Source of the DNA: Verrucomicrobiota bacterium
GTDB lineage: Bacteria > Verrucomicrobiota > Verrucomicrobiia > Limisphaerales > AAA164-E04
Length of the DNA: 64,000 nt
NCBI GenBank assembly: GCA_047947115.1
Contig: CP170459.1
Location: forward strand, 3,232,001 to 3,296,000
Direction: 5' to 3'
The translations under genes and the position numbers were made by a program. Of the stretch, positions 30,721 through 40,487 are shown piece by piece (positions within the stretch are counted from its first letter, which is position 1; every line of letters starts with the position of its first letter). Under the pieces are notes generated by a model. That model ran no database searches, was not told the DNA's origin, and saw only the letters and a program-made list of their open reading frames with translations.

Positions 30721-30765
30721 TGGTTGAAGTGACGGTCTTGCTGTGTTTCCGGGTTTCGTTGTTGC

Positions 30766-31044
30766 TCAATTGTCTTTGGGCGGTGCCTGCGGGATCAGAC
30801 CTACAGAATGGGCGATGTCGGCAAATTCTTCTCTGGAAACATTGTCCAGGTTCTTTCCTCTTTTGGACAGCCTCTCATTGATCTTGACGGCTTTTTCCAC
30901 CATGCAATCGTGCGTTTCCGCTGACCCACCCACCAGGGCGAAGTTTTCACCTTTGGTAATTCGCTTATGGCCATCGGAATCCAATCCGACACCCAGCATC
31001 ATTGTCTTGCCGTTTCTCTTGCTGTTGTTTGGTATGTTGGCCAT
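30766..31044 (-). CDS. Small hypothetical protein upstream of nuoA
   Basis: 92 aa ORF with protein-like motif LGVGLDSDGHKRITKGENF.LVGGS.ETH..M; same strand as nuoA, 45 bp gap. Confidence 0.7.
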   Translation of the reverse strand: MANIPNNSKRNGKTMMLGVGLDSDGHKRITKGENFALVGGSAETHDCMVEKAVKINERLSKRGKNLDNVSREEFADIAHSVGLIPQAPPKDN

Positions 31045-31130
31045 ACGGTTTTCAAAGTAATCGCTTCAACCAAATGTGCAATGATGAACTGAATAAAAGT
31101 AAAGTTTCTACCTCCGAAACGGCTCGGAGA

Positions 31131-31159
31131 TTGACATTGTGCAAGGTTCCTCTTCTATT
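31131..31159 (+). promoter_or_regulatory. Possible sigma70 promoter for the SH3-folD operon
   Basis: Perfect TTGACA at 31131-31136, 17 nt spacer, weak -10 TCTATT just upstream of ATG 31167. Confidence 0.3.
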
Positions 31160-31166
31160 GGATGGT

Positions 31167-32327
31167 ATGATGAAATCGTACGTCAGATTCTTCGCCGTTA
31201 TTGGCGGATACATCATGGGCTGGACAGTGGGGGTGAACGCCGCCCAAACCGGCGTGATCAATGCCGAACGTGTGAATGTGAGAACCCAGCCTTCCATTGT
31301 CAGTGAAGTGGTCGCTCAGGTGAACACCGGTGATAAGGTGCAGGTGCTGGAATTCATTACCTTGAACGACACTATTCCCGGTAATCCCGCTGAATGGTAC
31401 CGCATTGCCGTGCCGGAAGGCGCCAAGTTCTGGGTTTCGGGAGATTACATTGATAGCGGAGATGATACAGTCACCGCCAGCCAACTGAATGTGCGAGCCG
31501 GTCCGGGACAATCTTATACGGTTATGGCCCGGTTGAACCGGGGGGAAAAAGTGGAGCGTATTCTCGAGTCAGACGGATGGGTCTCCATCAAGCCTCCAGC
31601 CGAAGCTTTCGCATATGTCGCAACAAGTCTGGTGGATCTGGACGATGCAGTCGCGGAGGAAACCAAATCTCAAGAACCTCCGCCGGTTGTGATCCTGGAT
31701 GATCCCAGTTCCGGTCACACAACCATTCTCAAATCAACCGTTGAAGGCAATCAAGCCGATGAAACTGTTTCCGAAGAGTCAACTCAACCAACGGAACCTG
31801 AAAAATCCCGGGAAGAGGAGGAGGTTGTAAAGGAAGTGGAATCGATTCCTCCTGCTGAAGTCAGCACTCAGGAGGAAATGGCAGAAATCAAACCTCAAGA
31901 CGAACAGGCGACCCCGATCACCGAAGAGAACACAGCGACCGAAGTGCAGGAATCCGGACTCAGGCCCATTGATGTGCCTGTTCCCATGATTCCTTCCGAC
32001 GGTCGGCGGCTCCCGGCGGAAACTCTGGTGGCAGAGAATCCGGTGGACCCTGCTGATGAGCTGCGTCGTATTGTAACCCGTGAGGGCATTGTCAAACGAA
32101 GTCGCAGTATTCAATCCCCAACCTACCACCGCCTCGAGGATCCGGATACACATCGCACCATGAATTATCTTTACACGGGACGCCTTCACTTGGAGACCAG
32201 CGCCAGCAGCGCTGATTTGGTTCCTTATGAGGGATACAAGATTCGGGTGACCGGACAAGAATCCGTTGATCCACGCTGGCCCAGGATTCCCGTGATTGAA
32301 ATCGAAAAGCTGGACTTGGCAGACTAA
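31167..32327 (+). CDS. Secreted SH3 (SH3b) domain protein with acidic linker
   Basis: Signal peptide; two xNVRxxP repeats (RVNVRTQPS, QLNVRAGPG) with WxxI motifs; Glu/Pro-rich linker; start at ATG 31167. Confidence 0.82.
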   Translation: MMKSYVRFFAVIGGYIMGWTVGVNAAQTGVINAERVNVRTQPSIVSEVVAQVNTGDKVQVLEFITLNDTIPGNPAEWYRIAVPEGAKFWVSGDYIDSGDDTVTASQLNVRAGPGQSYTVMARLNRGEKVERILESDGWVSIKPPAEAFAYVATSLVDLDDAVAEETKSQEPPPVVILDDPSSGHTTILKSTVEGNQADETVSEESTQPTEPEKSREEEEVVKEVESIPPAEVSTQEEMAEIKPQDEQATPITEENTATEVQESGLRPIDVPVPMIPSDGRRLPAETLVAENPVDPADELRRIVTREGIVKRSRSIQSPTYHRLEDPDTHRTMNYLYTGRLHLETSASSADLVPYEGYKIRVTGQESVDPRWPRIPVIEIEKLDLAD

Positions 32328-33217
32328 TGTCGGACATGGAAAACTTGATTGATGGCCGTCGCATCGCAGCGACCATACACGATGAGACTGCTGTAAGGGT
32401 GGCGCAGTTGAAGGACAAAGGCATCACTCCCGGATTGATTTTTATCCGAGTCGGTGAAGACCCTGCGTCGAAGGTTTATGTCGGCATGAAGGAACGTAAG
32501 AGCCAGGAGTTGGGCATTGCGTCGTCCACACAGGTGTTGGATGAGCAGACCAGCCAGGATCAATTGCTTGCCATCATTCGTCAGCACAATGCCGATCCTT
32601 CGATCCATGGTATCCTTGTTCAGGCGCCTCTGCCTAATCACATCGATGAAACCGTGATTTATTCCGCCGTGGATCCAGCCAAGGACGTGGATGGTTTCCA
32701 TCCTGTGAATGTGGGCAAATTGATGCTCCATCAGCCCGGGGGATTCCTGCCTTGCACACCCGCCGGCGTGCATGAACTGCTGATTCGAAGCAACATCAAG
32801 CTCGAAGGCGCGGAAGTGGTCGTGCTGGGGCGGGGGAACATCGTAGGCAAACCGATGGCTGCGATCCTCATTCAAAAAGCCGAACACGCCAACGCCACCG
32901 TGACCGTGTGCCATTCAAGGTCCAGGGATATTGTCGAACATTGTCGGCGTGCCGACGTCATCATTGCGGCGCTGGGAGTGCCGCAGTTTGTGAAGGCGGA
33001 CATGGTGAAGGAAGGGGCTGTCATCATGGATGTCGGAGTCAACCGTATTACGGATCCTTCCGCCAAATCCGGATCAAGGCTCGTGGGAGATGTTGATTTT
33101 GAAACCGTCCAGCCCAAGGCGGGAGCCATTACTCCAAATCCCGGTGGTGTCGGCCCCATGACCATTGCCATGCTTATGAAAAACACCGTGCTGGCCGCCG
33201 AGCAGCAATCCAGATGA
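32327..33217 (+). CDS. folD: Bifunctional methylenetetrahydrofolate dehydrogenase/cyclohydrolase
   Basis: VGEDPASKVYV..K, GILVQAPLP, KDVDGFHPVN, PCTPAG, GRGNIVGKP, PGGVGPMT. Confidence 0.97.
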   Translation: MSDMENLIDGRRIAATIHDETAVRVAQLKDKGITPGLIFIRVGEDPASKVYVGMKERKSQELGIASSTQVLDEQTSQDQLLAIIRQHNADPSIHGILVQAPLPNHIDETVIYSAVDPAKDVDGFHPVNVGKLMLHQPGGFLPCTPAGVHELLIRSNIKLEGAEVVVLGRGNIVGKPMAAILIQKAEHANATVTVCHSRSRDIVEHCRRADVIIAALGVPQFVKADMVKEGAVIMDVGVNRITDPSAKSGSRLVGDVDFETVQPKAGAITPNPGGVGPMTIAMLMKNTVLAAEQQSR

Positions 33218-33368
33218 CAAACTGTCGAAAAATGGTGGAAGTTACGCGGTGCTCAGCGTAAGCAAACGCGTCAAAACCTTTGAAAGCAAAACACCATTTG
33301 ACCGCGCTGCAGGCGAGCGGCAGCCCAGCCCTGCCTTTCAAAAAAACAGAATAATTTTTTAAAAAACT

Positions 33369-33818
33369 ATGGAACCATCAAGAATATTGCCGGACCTGCA
33401 GACATCATTGCTTTGTGAAGATGTCCGCCAGGAATCCAATGGAAATTTTATGCTCATCGGGGTGTTGGGGTTGGTGCGGGTGCCGCGCCTGCCTGTGACC
33501 GCCCTCAAACTTTGCGTGTTCAATCGCTGGACCGCTGGATTTGGACAGTTCACGGAAGAAGTGCGCCTGATTTCGCCCGATCAAACCTCGGTGATTCGTA
33601 AGAGCACGGTTAAGTTTGCATTGAAGGATGTGAACACCCACGCGACCAACGTGTCATTGTTCGGTCAGGTTGAGTTCAAGGAAGCAGGAGTTCATTACAT
33701 TGAAGTTCTGGTAGATGAAGTCATGAAATTGCGTTACCCTCTGAATGTGGTTGTGGCCCCGCAGCAGCAACAGGGCGGCCAGCAGCAAGCACCCCAGAAT
33801 CCACCGCAGCAATCCTGA
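33369..33818 (+). CDS. Hypothetical beta-sandwich protein with Gln/Pro-rich tail
   Basis: LLCEDVRQE.NG...LIG motif, F...G.H.IEV; 149 aa. Confidence 0.75.
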   Translation: MEPSRILPDLQTSLLCEDVRQESNGNFMLIGVLGLVRVPRLPVTALKLCVFNRWTAGFGQFTEEVRLISPDQTSVIRKSTVKFALKDVNTHATNVSLFGQVEFKEAGVHYIEVLVDEVMKLRYPLNVVVAPQQQQGGQQQAPQNPPQQS

Positions 33819-33863
33819 TCGTTCCAACGTGATCCAAGGATCGCCGTTGGCGGGAGCACGAGC

Positions 33864-34721
33864 ATGACTCTTCCCTGCACACCTCGAGGTATCGCGGATT
33901 GGGCTTCACGGCGCAAAACCGCGGTCCTCGTCTATGTGCTTGGCATGGGCTGCCTGGTGGCCACGGTCATGGGGTGGTTTGTCTGGACGCGCTGGCTTCC
34001 GGTCTGGGAGGAAGCTATCGTCTCCTTTCCTCCCGGGAGCCGCATCGAAAAAGAGCAGTTGATGCTCGCATCCGATGCCGGGCAACCCTTGACCGATAAT
34101 CTGTTTTTGTCCTTTGAGTGGATCTCCGATCCGGATGAGGAAAGTGCTTCCACCTCGGACATACGCATCATTTTTCGGTCGAATGAATGCCGGATAGGGT
34201 CGCTGCTCGGATATGTTTCACTACCTTATCCGTATGGATATATCATTGATCTTGATCCGGACAAACTCCAGCCATGGTGGCTGACACGCAGATATTTCTT
34301 CTATCTTGGCGGATGGGGTTTGTTGTGGCTTGGAATGCTGGGCTGTTGGTGGGGCCTGGCAATTGCCTATGCCATTCCGGTTTTTTTGCTGGCCTATTTT
34401 CTGGGTCGGGAAACCGGAGTAAGAACCGTTTTCAGATTGAACCTTATGAGCTTGATGCTGCCTGCTCTGTTTATGTCCACCGCGTTCGTGCTCTACGCCT
34501 TTCGGCGGCTGAATCTGCAGGAATTCCTCACCGCCGGGGTGGTGCACATTCCGATGGCATGGGGTTTGATCTTTCTGTCGACCTTGCGCCTTGATCGCAA
34601 AAAGTCCCTCTCAGATCATTCAACCCCTGCCGGGACGCTTTCTTCCAATCCATTCGGGCATTCCGAATCGGGAGGAAAATCTTCCAGCTACAATCCTTTT
34701 GGAGGAGGGGATAAACACTAA
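33864..34721 (+). CDS. Hypothetical membrane protein
   Basis: N-terminal TM, soluble domain, several C-terminal TM helices, NPF repeats in tail. Confidence 0.65.
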   Translation: MTLPCTPRGIADWASRRKTAVLVYVLGMGCLVATVMGWFVWTRWLPVWEEAIVSFPPGSRIEKEQLMLASDAGQPLTDNLFLSFEWISDPDEESASTSDIRIIFRSNECRIGSLLGYVSLPYPYGYIIDLDPDKLQPWWLTRRYFFYLGGWGLLWLGMLGCWWGLAIAYAIPVFLLAYFLGRETGVRTVFRLNLMSLMLPALFMSTAFVLYAFRRLNLQEFLTAGVVHIPMAWGLIFLSTLRLDRKKSLSDHSTPAGTLSSNPFGHSESGGKSSSYNPFGGGDKH

Positions 34722-34728
34722 TCCAGAT

Positions 34729-35874
34729 TCAATGCTGATCTGCCAGGTAAAAGGACCGGAGCCCGACCGCTTCGTTCACTTCCGTCAATGCCATCTTCAG
34801 AATATTTAAATCCTCTGGTTGATGCTCTGAGGAAATAGCCAATCGAATGGGGAATCCTTCGCTGATTCCCGGATAACGAACAATACTAGGATAGACCCCG
34901 TGCTGAATGAATGTGTGTTCGATTTCTGCCCGCTTATCGGGATCTTTCATTCGGTCGCCTGCAAATGAAAAGACCGGAAATGAAAGTTTGGCGCCAGGCA
35001 ACTCCTTGGATTGCCTCAACAGCCCATCCATCACCGTCAGGTTATCCTTCAGACGTTGGTGGCGTTCCTGATCCTCGATCAACACCTTCAGTCCGGCAGA
35101 ACAAGCCTCACCTAATCCAACCGGGAAAGGGGTGTGTCCGGACCAGACAGGCGACTTGGATTTGACCGCCTCGATCACCCGATGGCCGCCTACAACCGCA
35201 CCCCCGTGACAACCCAATGCCTTGGCCAGTGAGATGGTTCTGATGATGTTTCTCTCTCCCCAGTCAATCTCCGAACCGGTTCCTTTCCCCCTCACTCCCA
35301 TGACCCCGAATCCGTGCGCATCGTCAATGACAAATCCGATCTTTTCGGAGAGTGACGTGTGGAGATCGGATAGAGGCGCCACCGTGCCGTCCAATCCAAA
35401 CACTCCATCCGTCAAAAGAAAACACCTCGAAGGAACTTTCAATGTGTTACAAATCTCACTGGCCGCTTTCGCATTGCGGTGTTGGTAAGAATGAATTGGA
35501 ATGCCCGAGAGGCGGGCGGCATCCTTCAGACTTGAATGAGCCATACTGTCGATGATCAAGTGTGAAGCGTGTTCTCGAAAAAACTGAGCCAGACTCAGGT
35601 TGGCCAGGTAGCCGGCTCCTGTGAGCACCGCGGATTCGCCGTCCAGGAACGTGGCGAGTTCGGTCTCCAATGTTTCAAAGACTTTATGATTGCCTGTGGT
35701 GTTGCGGGATGCCCCCACGGAAACATGTCCTGTTTGTTGAATAGAAGAATTCAAGCGGCCAAGCACCTCCAGATGGCTGCTTAATCGAAAATAATCGCAA
35801 CCCCCAAAATACAGCAGCGCCTTTCCCTCGAAATCGACCAGCCGCTCGTTAATATGTGACAGGGCCGGACTCAT
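34729..35874 (-). CDS. PLP-dependent alpha-oxoamine synthase (BioF/Kbl family)
   Basis: DYFRL, GASRNTTG, GYLAN, AHSSL, TDGVF..DG, DDAHG, SLAKALG..GG. Substrate not resolvable by eye. Confidence 0.85.
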   Translation of the reverse strand: MSPALSHINERLVDFEGKALLYFGGCDYFRLSSHLEVLGRLNSSIQQTGHVSVGASRNTTGNHKVFETLETELATFLDGESAVLTGAGYLANLSLAQFFREHASHLIIDSMAHSSLKDAARLSGIPIHSYQHRNAKAASEICNTLKVPSRCFLLTDGVFGLDGTVAPLSDLHTSLSEKIGFVIDDAHGFGVMGVRGKGTGSEIDWGERNIIRTISLAKALGCHGGAVVGGHRVIEAVKSKSPVWSGHTPFPVGLGEACSAGLKVLIEDQERHQRLKDNLTVMDGLLRQSKELPGAKLSFPVFSFAGDRMKDPDKRAEIEHTFIQHGVYPSIVRYPGISEGFPIRLAISSEHQPEDLNILKMALTEVNEAVGLRSFYLADQH

Positions 35875-35875
35875 G

Positions 35876-37336
35876 TCATGTTCCGCAGAAAGTTGCCTGC
35901 ACCACTTCTTCCGGTTTTGGGGGTGTCTCGAATGCTTCGTATTGGGGGCGGTCCTCGAAAGGCAATCTCAGCGCTTCGCGCAGAGTATGGAATGGCTGGA
36001 AATCATGACGATAGGCGGCTTGAATGGCCTCTTCGACCCGATGGTTCCTTGGAATCACGACTGGATTGGAACCGCGCATGCGATCCAGCGAAGTTTGCTT
36101 GTTTTCCTGCGTTAAACGCGATTGCCACTCTTCGAACCAGCTCATGAATTGAGGTGCATTGCCAAACAACGACATGAATGGGGCGGTGTTGCCGGTTTCT
36201 GCGGATTTTGTGAGATAACGAAAGGTGAGGGTGAAGTCCGCCTTGTGATCCGCCATGAGGTTCAATAGCGATTGGGCAATCTGCCAATCGTCCTGGCTGA
36301 AACTGTCGAGTCCAATCTTGGTGTTGAATCGCCTGGCGAGTGCTTCGGTATAAAGAGTGGAAAACTCACCCAGTACGGGGGTTGCTTTTTCAATCGCCGT
36401 TTCCTGTTTGAGATCGATCAAGGGCAACAAGGTTTCTGCAAATCGTGCCAGATTCCAGTGAGCCATCGAAGCCTGATTACCATAGGCATAGCGTCCCCCG
36501 TGATCGATGGAACTGAATTTTTTATGCGGGTGATAGGTGTCCATGAACGCGCACGGACCGTAATCGATCGTTTCACCTGAAACATTCATATTGTCCGTGT
36601 TCATCACCCCGTGGATGAAACCAAAGGACATCCACTGCGCGATCAGGTTCGCCTGACGCTTGATAACCGAACCGAGCAGGGCAAGGTAGGGTTCCTTTTC
36701 GTTTGCCACATCGGGATACAGACGGTCGATCACATAATCAGCCAGTTGTTTCAGGTGCAGGTGGTCTTCACGAATGGCAAACCATTGAAACGTGCCCACC
36801 CGGATATGTGATTTCGCCACTCGGGTGAAAACGCCTCCTGGTTGAGGGATTTCTCGAAACACCATTTCACCGGTCGAAACCGCCGCCAAAGCCCGCGTGG
36901 TCGGGACCCCAAGCGCCGCCATGGCCTCTGAAACCAGAAACTCACGCACCACCGGTCCCAGGGCCGACAAACCGTCGCCCCCCCGTGAAAAGGGCGTCCG
37001 CCCCGAACCTTTGAGCTGTATGTCACGCCGGATGCCGTCCCGATCAATGACCTCGCCCAGGAGCAGGGCACGTCCATCGCCCAATTGCGGAACCAGGTTG
37101 CCGAACTGATGTCCGCAGTAAGCCATGGCCAAAGGCTCGGCGCCCTCCGGAATCTGACGGCCTGAAAGAATATCAAGTCCTGCTTGCGATTCCAATTGAT
37201 CAGGATCCAACCGCAGTGTTTCAGCCAGATCACGGTTAACACCCACGAATACAGGCTGCTCAGGCGCGGCAGGTCTGACGGGTTCATAAAATGCCGCCGG
37301 CAATCGAATATAGGAATTATCAAAGTCAAACATCAT
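35876..37336 (-). CDS. selO: Protein adenylyltransferase SelO (YdiU)
   Basis: YCGHQFG..VPQLGDGRA, QLKGSGRTPFSRGGDG, GFIHGVMNTDN, ETIDYGPCAF, IPRNH, TFCGT. Confidence 0.95.
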   Translation of the reverse strand: MMFDFDNSYIRLPAAFYEPVRPAAPEQPVFVGVNRDLAETLRLDPDQLESQAGLDILSGRQIPEGAEPLAMAYCGHQFGNLVPQLGDGRALLLGEVIDRDGIRRDIQLKGSGRTPFSRGGDGLSALGPVVREFLVSEAMAALGVPTTRALAAVSTGEMVFREIPQPGGVFTRVAKSHIRVGTFQWFAIREDHLHLKQLADYVIDRLYPDVANEKEPYLALLGSVIKRQANLIAQWMSFGFIHGVMNTDNMNVSGETIDYGPCAFMDTYHPHKKFSSIDHGGRYAYGNQASMAHWNLARFAETLLPLIDLKQETAIEKATPVLGEFSTLYTEALARRFNTKIGLDSFSQDDWQIAQSLLNLMADHKADFTLTFRYLTKSAETGNTAPFMSLFGNAPQFMSWFEEWQSRLTQENKQTSLDRMRGSNPVVIPRNHRVEEAIQAAYRHDFQPFHTLREALRLPFEDRPQYEAFETPPKPEEVVQATFCGT

Positions 37337-37555
37337 GCATCAGGTCCATCGAATATAGGTGCAATTGAGCGAAACGCAAACGGGATCTTCAGGATAAACA
37401 GGTTTTACAGGATGCCAAGTCAAGGAGTAAACACACTACGAAATCCGCCAGCGGTTCCTTTGCTGCGCGAGACTTGTTGAACGCTTTCCTGGATAGAGTT
37501 TTTATTTTTCCTTGCTTTCAATTTGTTCTTTAACAACAAGTGAGAACCCGCTTCA

Positions 37556-38581
37556 TTGTCCACCGTTATGAGTGAAGATGCCCGAATAGTATTCGTGCTC
37601 CTGGTCACCACCTTTTTGGTTGGTCTTGGAATACGGGAATTGAAAAGTGATGACGTGAACAATCCGGTGGCATCAAAGTATGAGTTGGTTGAACATTGGC
37701 CCCAGCTTCCTGGTGGGTTTGTTCTGGGAAATCCTACGGGAGTTGATGTTGATTCAGAGGGGAGTGTCTGGGTGTTTCACCGAAGAAGCAGGCGATGGTC
37801 GGTTCCCATGCCCCAAGCAAAGATCGTGGATAACACCGTGACTCAACTTGATTCCAGCACAGGGCAATTGTTGAAAAGCTGGGGATCAAATCGATTCATC
37901 ATGCCTCACGGATTGATGGTGGACAAAGCGAATCATGTATGGGTCACAGATGACGGCTTGCATCAGGTTTTCAAGTTTGATTCTAACGGTGAATTGCTCC
38001 TGATTCTCGGAGAAGCTGGCGTTTCGGGCCTGGACGATGCCCATTTCAATCTACCCGCCGATGTGGCTGTCTCTTCGGATGGATCGATATACGTTGCTGA
38101 TGGTTATGGTAACAGTCGGGTGGTCAAATTTTCCGCGGAAGGTCGCTATCTGACAGGGTGGGGAACCAAGGGGCGAGGGGAGGATGAGTTTCGGATACCC
38201 CATTGGATTGATTTGGATCGTGATGGTAACATATATGTCGCCGATCGTGAGAATAACCGCATCAAGAAATACAACGCGGCAGGGAGTCTGCTGTCGATCT
38301 GGCAAAACAAAGAGGCCGACCAGTTGTACTCGGTGTCCATGCACCCCAATCTTCCTCGACTATTCGGCATTGATTACGAAATAAGTGAGCAGGGTGAGAT
38401 TCTTGGTTCGGACATCATTCTGTTTGATTTGGATCTTAATCTGAAAGCTCGGGTTGGACGAAGCGGTGGCTTTAATGGGCCGATTTCAAGGTATCACGAC
38501 ATCGTGGTAGACAAACGAGGCAATGTTTATGTCGGGGATATTTTGGGGAATACCATTCAGAAGTTTAGCGTGACTCCGTGA
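37556..38581 (+). CDS. NHL-repeat protein, peptidyl-alpha-hydroxyglycine alpha-amidating lyase-like
   Basis: VFHR, F.MPHGL.VD, HFNLPADVAV, VADGYGNSRVVKF, PHWI, VADRENNRI. Confidence 0.85.
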   Translation: MSTVMSEDARIVFVLLVTTFLVGLGIRELKSDDVNNPVASKYELVEHWPQLPGGFVLGNPTGVDVDSEGSVWVFHRRSRRWSVPMPQAKIVDNTVTQLDSSTGQLLKSWGSNRFIMPHGLMVDKANHVWVTDDGLHQVFKFDSNGELLLILGEAGVSGLDDAHFNLPADVAVSSDGSIYVADGYGNSRVVKFSAEGRYLTGWGTKGRGEDEFRIPHWIDLDRDGNIYVADRENNRIKKYNAAGSLLSIWQNKEADQLYSVSMHPNLPRLFGIDYEISEQGEILGSDIILFDLDLNLKARVGRSGGFNGPISRYHDIVVDKRGNVYVGDILGNTIQKFSVTP

Positions 38582-38688
38582 CAGAAAAATCTCAATGGGA
38601 CACTATGTCAATTTCCTGAATCCCTCTGTTTTGAGAACGTATTGATGAGAATTCGTAGGGTGGGCGGTCAATCCTGTAGAGGGGACGG

Positions 38689-40389
38689 CTACTTGTCGAA
38701 AAGGCTGTCGTAAACTGAATCTATCTGAAATCCATCAACACCCTCTTCGGTAAGGCGCCGAATGTCAGCCTCTGCCTGCTCGAGATGATTTTCTGCTGAG
38801 TAGCGAAATGTGTTGATGGCTGGGAGGACCAACACTCCCGCTGATTTCAACAAAGCGATGTCGCCTGGTTCAAGTTGCCAGGGTAGTCCGAACCAGAATC
38901 GGTGTGTCAGATTGAGGTTCCTCCCTTGTCGCAGTTGTTTCAGTTCGAGGTCGGTTGTGGTGAACCTGACATGCTTCAGAAATCGTCTGGTCTCGTCATT
39001 TCCGGTGATGGATATCGTCGAGGTGTTCAACTGATGTTTGACAATGAGTTGATCGATTGTTTCAAGAAATGATTGGGAATCCCGATCGGTCTTGATGTCC
39101 AGCATCACGCCGAGTCCAAGTTCATGACATGTTTGCAATGCTGTCTCAAACCGTATGATCGAATCCTTGCTATTCAGGTAGGAGATGGATGTCAACTCGT
39201 TGGCTCTGTAATTCTTGACGCTTCCCGGTTTGCCGCAGGCTTTCTCAAGCATGGCGTCGTGGAACACCATAGGGATACCGTCGCTGCTTCTTTGGATATC
39301 GAGCTCGATCATGTCGTAGTGAGAAGCCCCGGCAAGCCGGATGGCGGTCAGGGAACATTCGTGTGATTCGGGTGTGATGATGCCTCCTCTATGGGCAATC
39401 AGTATGGGATGATGACGCGCAATGGAGGCCGGATCATTCAGGTGAATCAGATCCGGATTCTTCCGAGTAGCCGCCTGTGTGGTGTTGATGGCTGCTATTT
39501 GTTTGATAGCTTCGGGTGTGCGCGTTTCCGGGGTGTGGTGCAGTAGCCTTACTTTTCCACGTTTGTTTTCAGCGAAACATGCTCCCTGGAAGACGATTGT
39601 GTCGCTTAGCCTTACGATGCCATAACTGAAATCCGCAGCAGATACACCGACAAGCCTGAAGCTTTCATCGACCTTCAGCAGTCCAGGGTTATCCGGGCTT
39701 CCGTAGCATCCAAACCACCAATGTCCATCCATGTAGCCCGCGGTCTGAATGCCAAGTCGGGTCTGGCTGGTGGGTAAGTCGTGTCGCGCCTGGAATTGAA
39801 ATTGTTCGTCATATTCGAACAGGTAATTCTTTTGGTGATGGCCGGGCAGACCTCCGACCAGAATGAATTTTTTGTCGTGATAGGCGATTCCCCCGCACCC
39901 ATGCACCAATGCCGGGACTGGATGCCTGGATATCCGGTTGAGTGTTTCTGCATCATAAACGTATACCCAAGGATCGGATTCGCCGGCCGGGCGATTAAAG
40001 GATCCCAGTTCAACCGCCACGAAGACCTTGCCGTCGTGATAGGTCAAATCCCCATGATGACTGGCCACATCTATTTTGTTCAGAACTTTTCCGGTGAGAT
40101 CGGTTTTGACCAGTTGCACTGTGTGCGACCAAAAAATGAAATACCCGTCCGTCGCGACACCTTGAAGGTGCCCGCCATAAGTACCCTCACATTCTATCCA
40201 GGATTCGAAAAGGGGATGGTTGCCTTCTTCAAGCCTGGTGGCGGCATGAGTGGAAAAGGATGTCCCTGGCAAAAAGTTCATGCAGAACGCAATGAACGGC
40301 AGTACGCTGAATTTCAATCCAGCAATGATTGAACAAGGTGAACGTCGGATTCGGTGCCGTTTTATGAGTCGTAAGGTATTGGAATTCAT
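38689..40389 (-). CDS. Fusion: N-terminal beta-propeller-like domain + glycerophosphodiester phosphodiesterase domain
   Basis: GTYGGHLQG...HHGDL N-domain; IAHRGG, IELDIQRSSDG.PMVFHD, LDIK, GVDGFQID GDPD motifs. Confidence 0.8.
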   Translation of the reverse strand: MNSNTLRLIKRHRIRRSPCSIIAGLKFSVLPFIAFCMNFLPGTSFSTHAATRLEEGNHPLFESWIECEGTYGGHLQGVATDGYFIFWSHTVQLVKTDLTGKVLNKIDVASHHGDLTYHDGKVFVAVELGSFNRPAGESDPWVYVYDAETLNRISRHPVPALVHGCGGIAYHDKKFILVGGLPGHHQKNYLFEYDEQFQFQARHDLPTSQTRLGIQTAGYMDGHWWFGCYGSPDNPGLLKVDESFRLVGVSAADFSYGIVRLSDTIVFQGACFAENKRGKVRLLHHTPETRTPEAIKQIAAINTTQAATRKNPDLIHLNDPASIARHHPILIAHRGGIITPESHECSLTAIRLAGASHYDMIELDIQRSSDGIPMVFHDAMLEKACGKPGSVKNYRANELTSISYLNSKDSIIRFETALQTCHELGLGVMLDIKTDRDSQSFLETIDQLIVKHQLNTSTISITGNDETRRFLKHVRFTTTDLELKQLRQGRNLNLTHRFWFGLPWQLEPGDIALLKSAGVLVLPAINTFRYSAENHLEQAEADIRRLTEEGVDGFQIDSVYDSLFDK

Positions 40390-40487
40390 GATGGCTGAGA
40401 GATGATCATCCTACGGTTTATGCGATGACTCAAGCATTTGTGATATCTCCGGACTGCTTGCGCTTGATGTATCCCTTTTCCTGATCT

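Noticed and set aside
33218..33368. Possible riboswitch after folD (AAATGGTG...CACCATTT pairing)
   Set aside because: Lies downstream of folD and shows no recognisable riboswitch consensus; needs an Rfam search.
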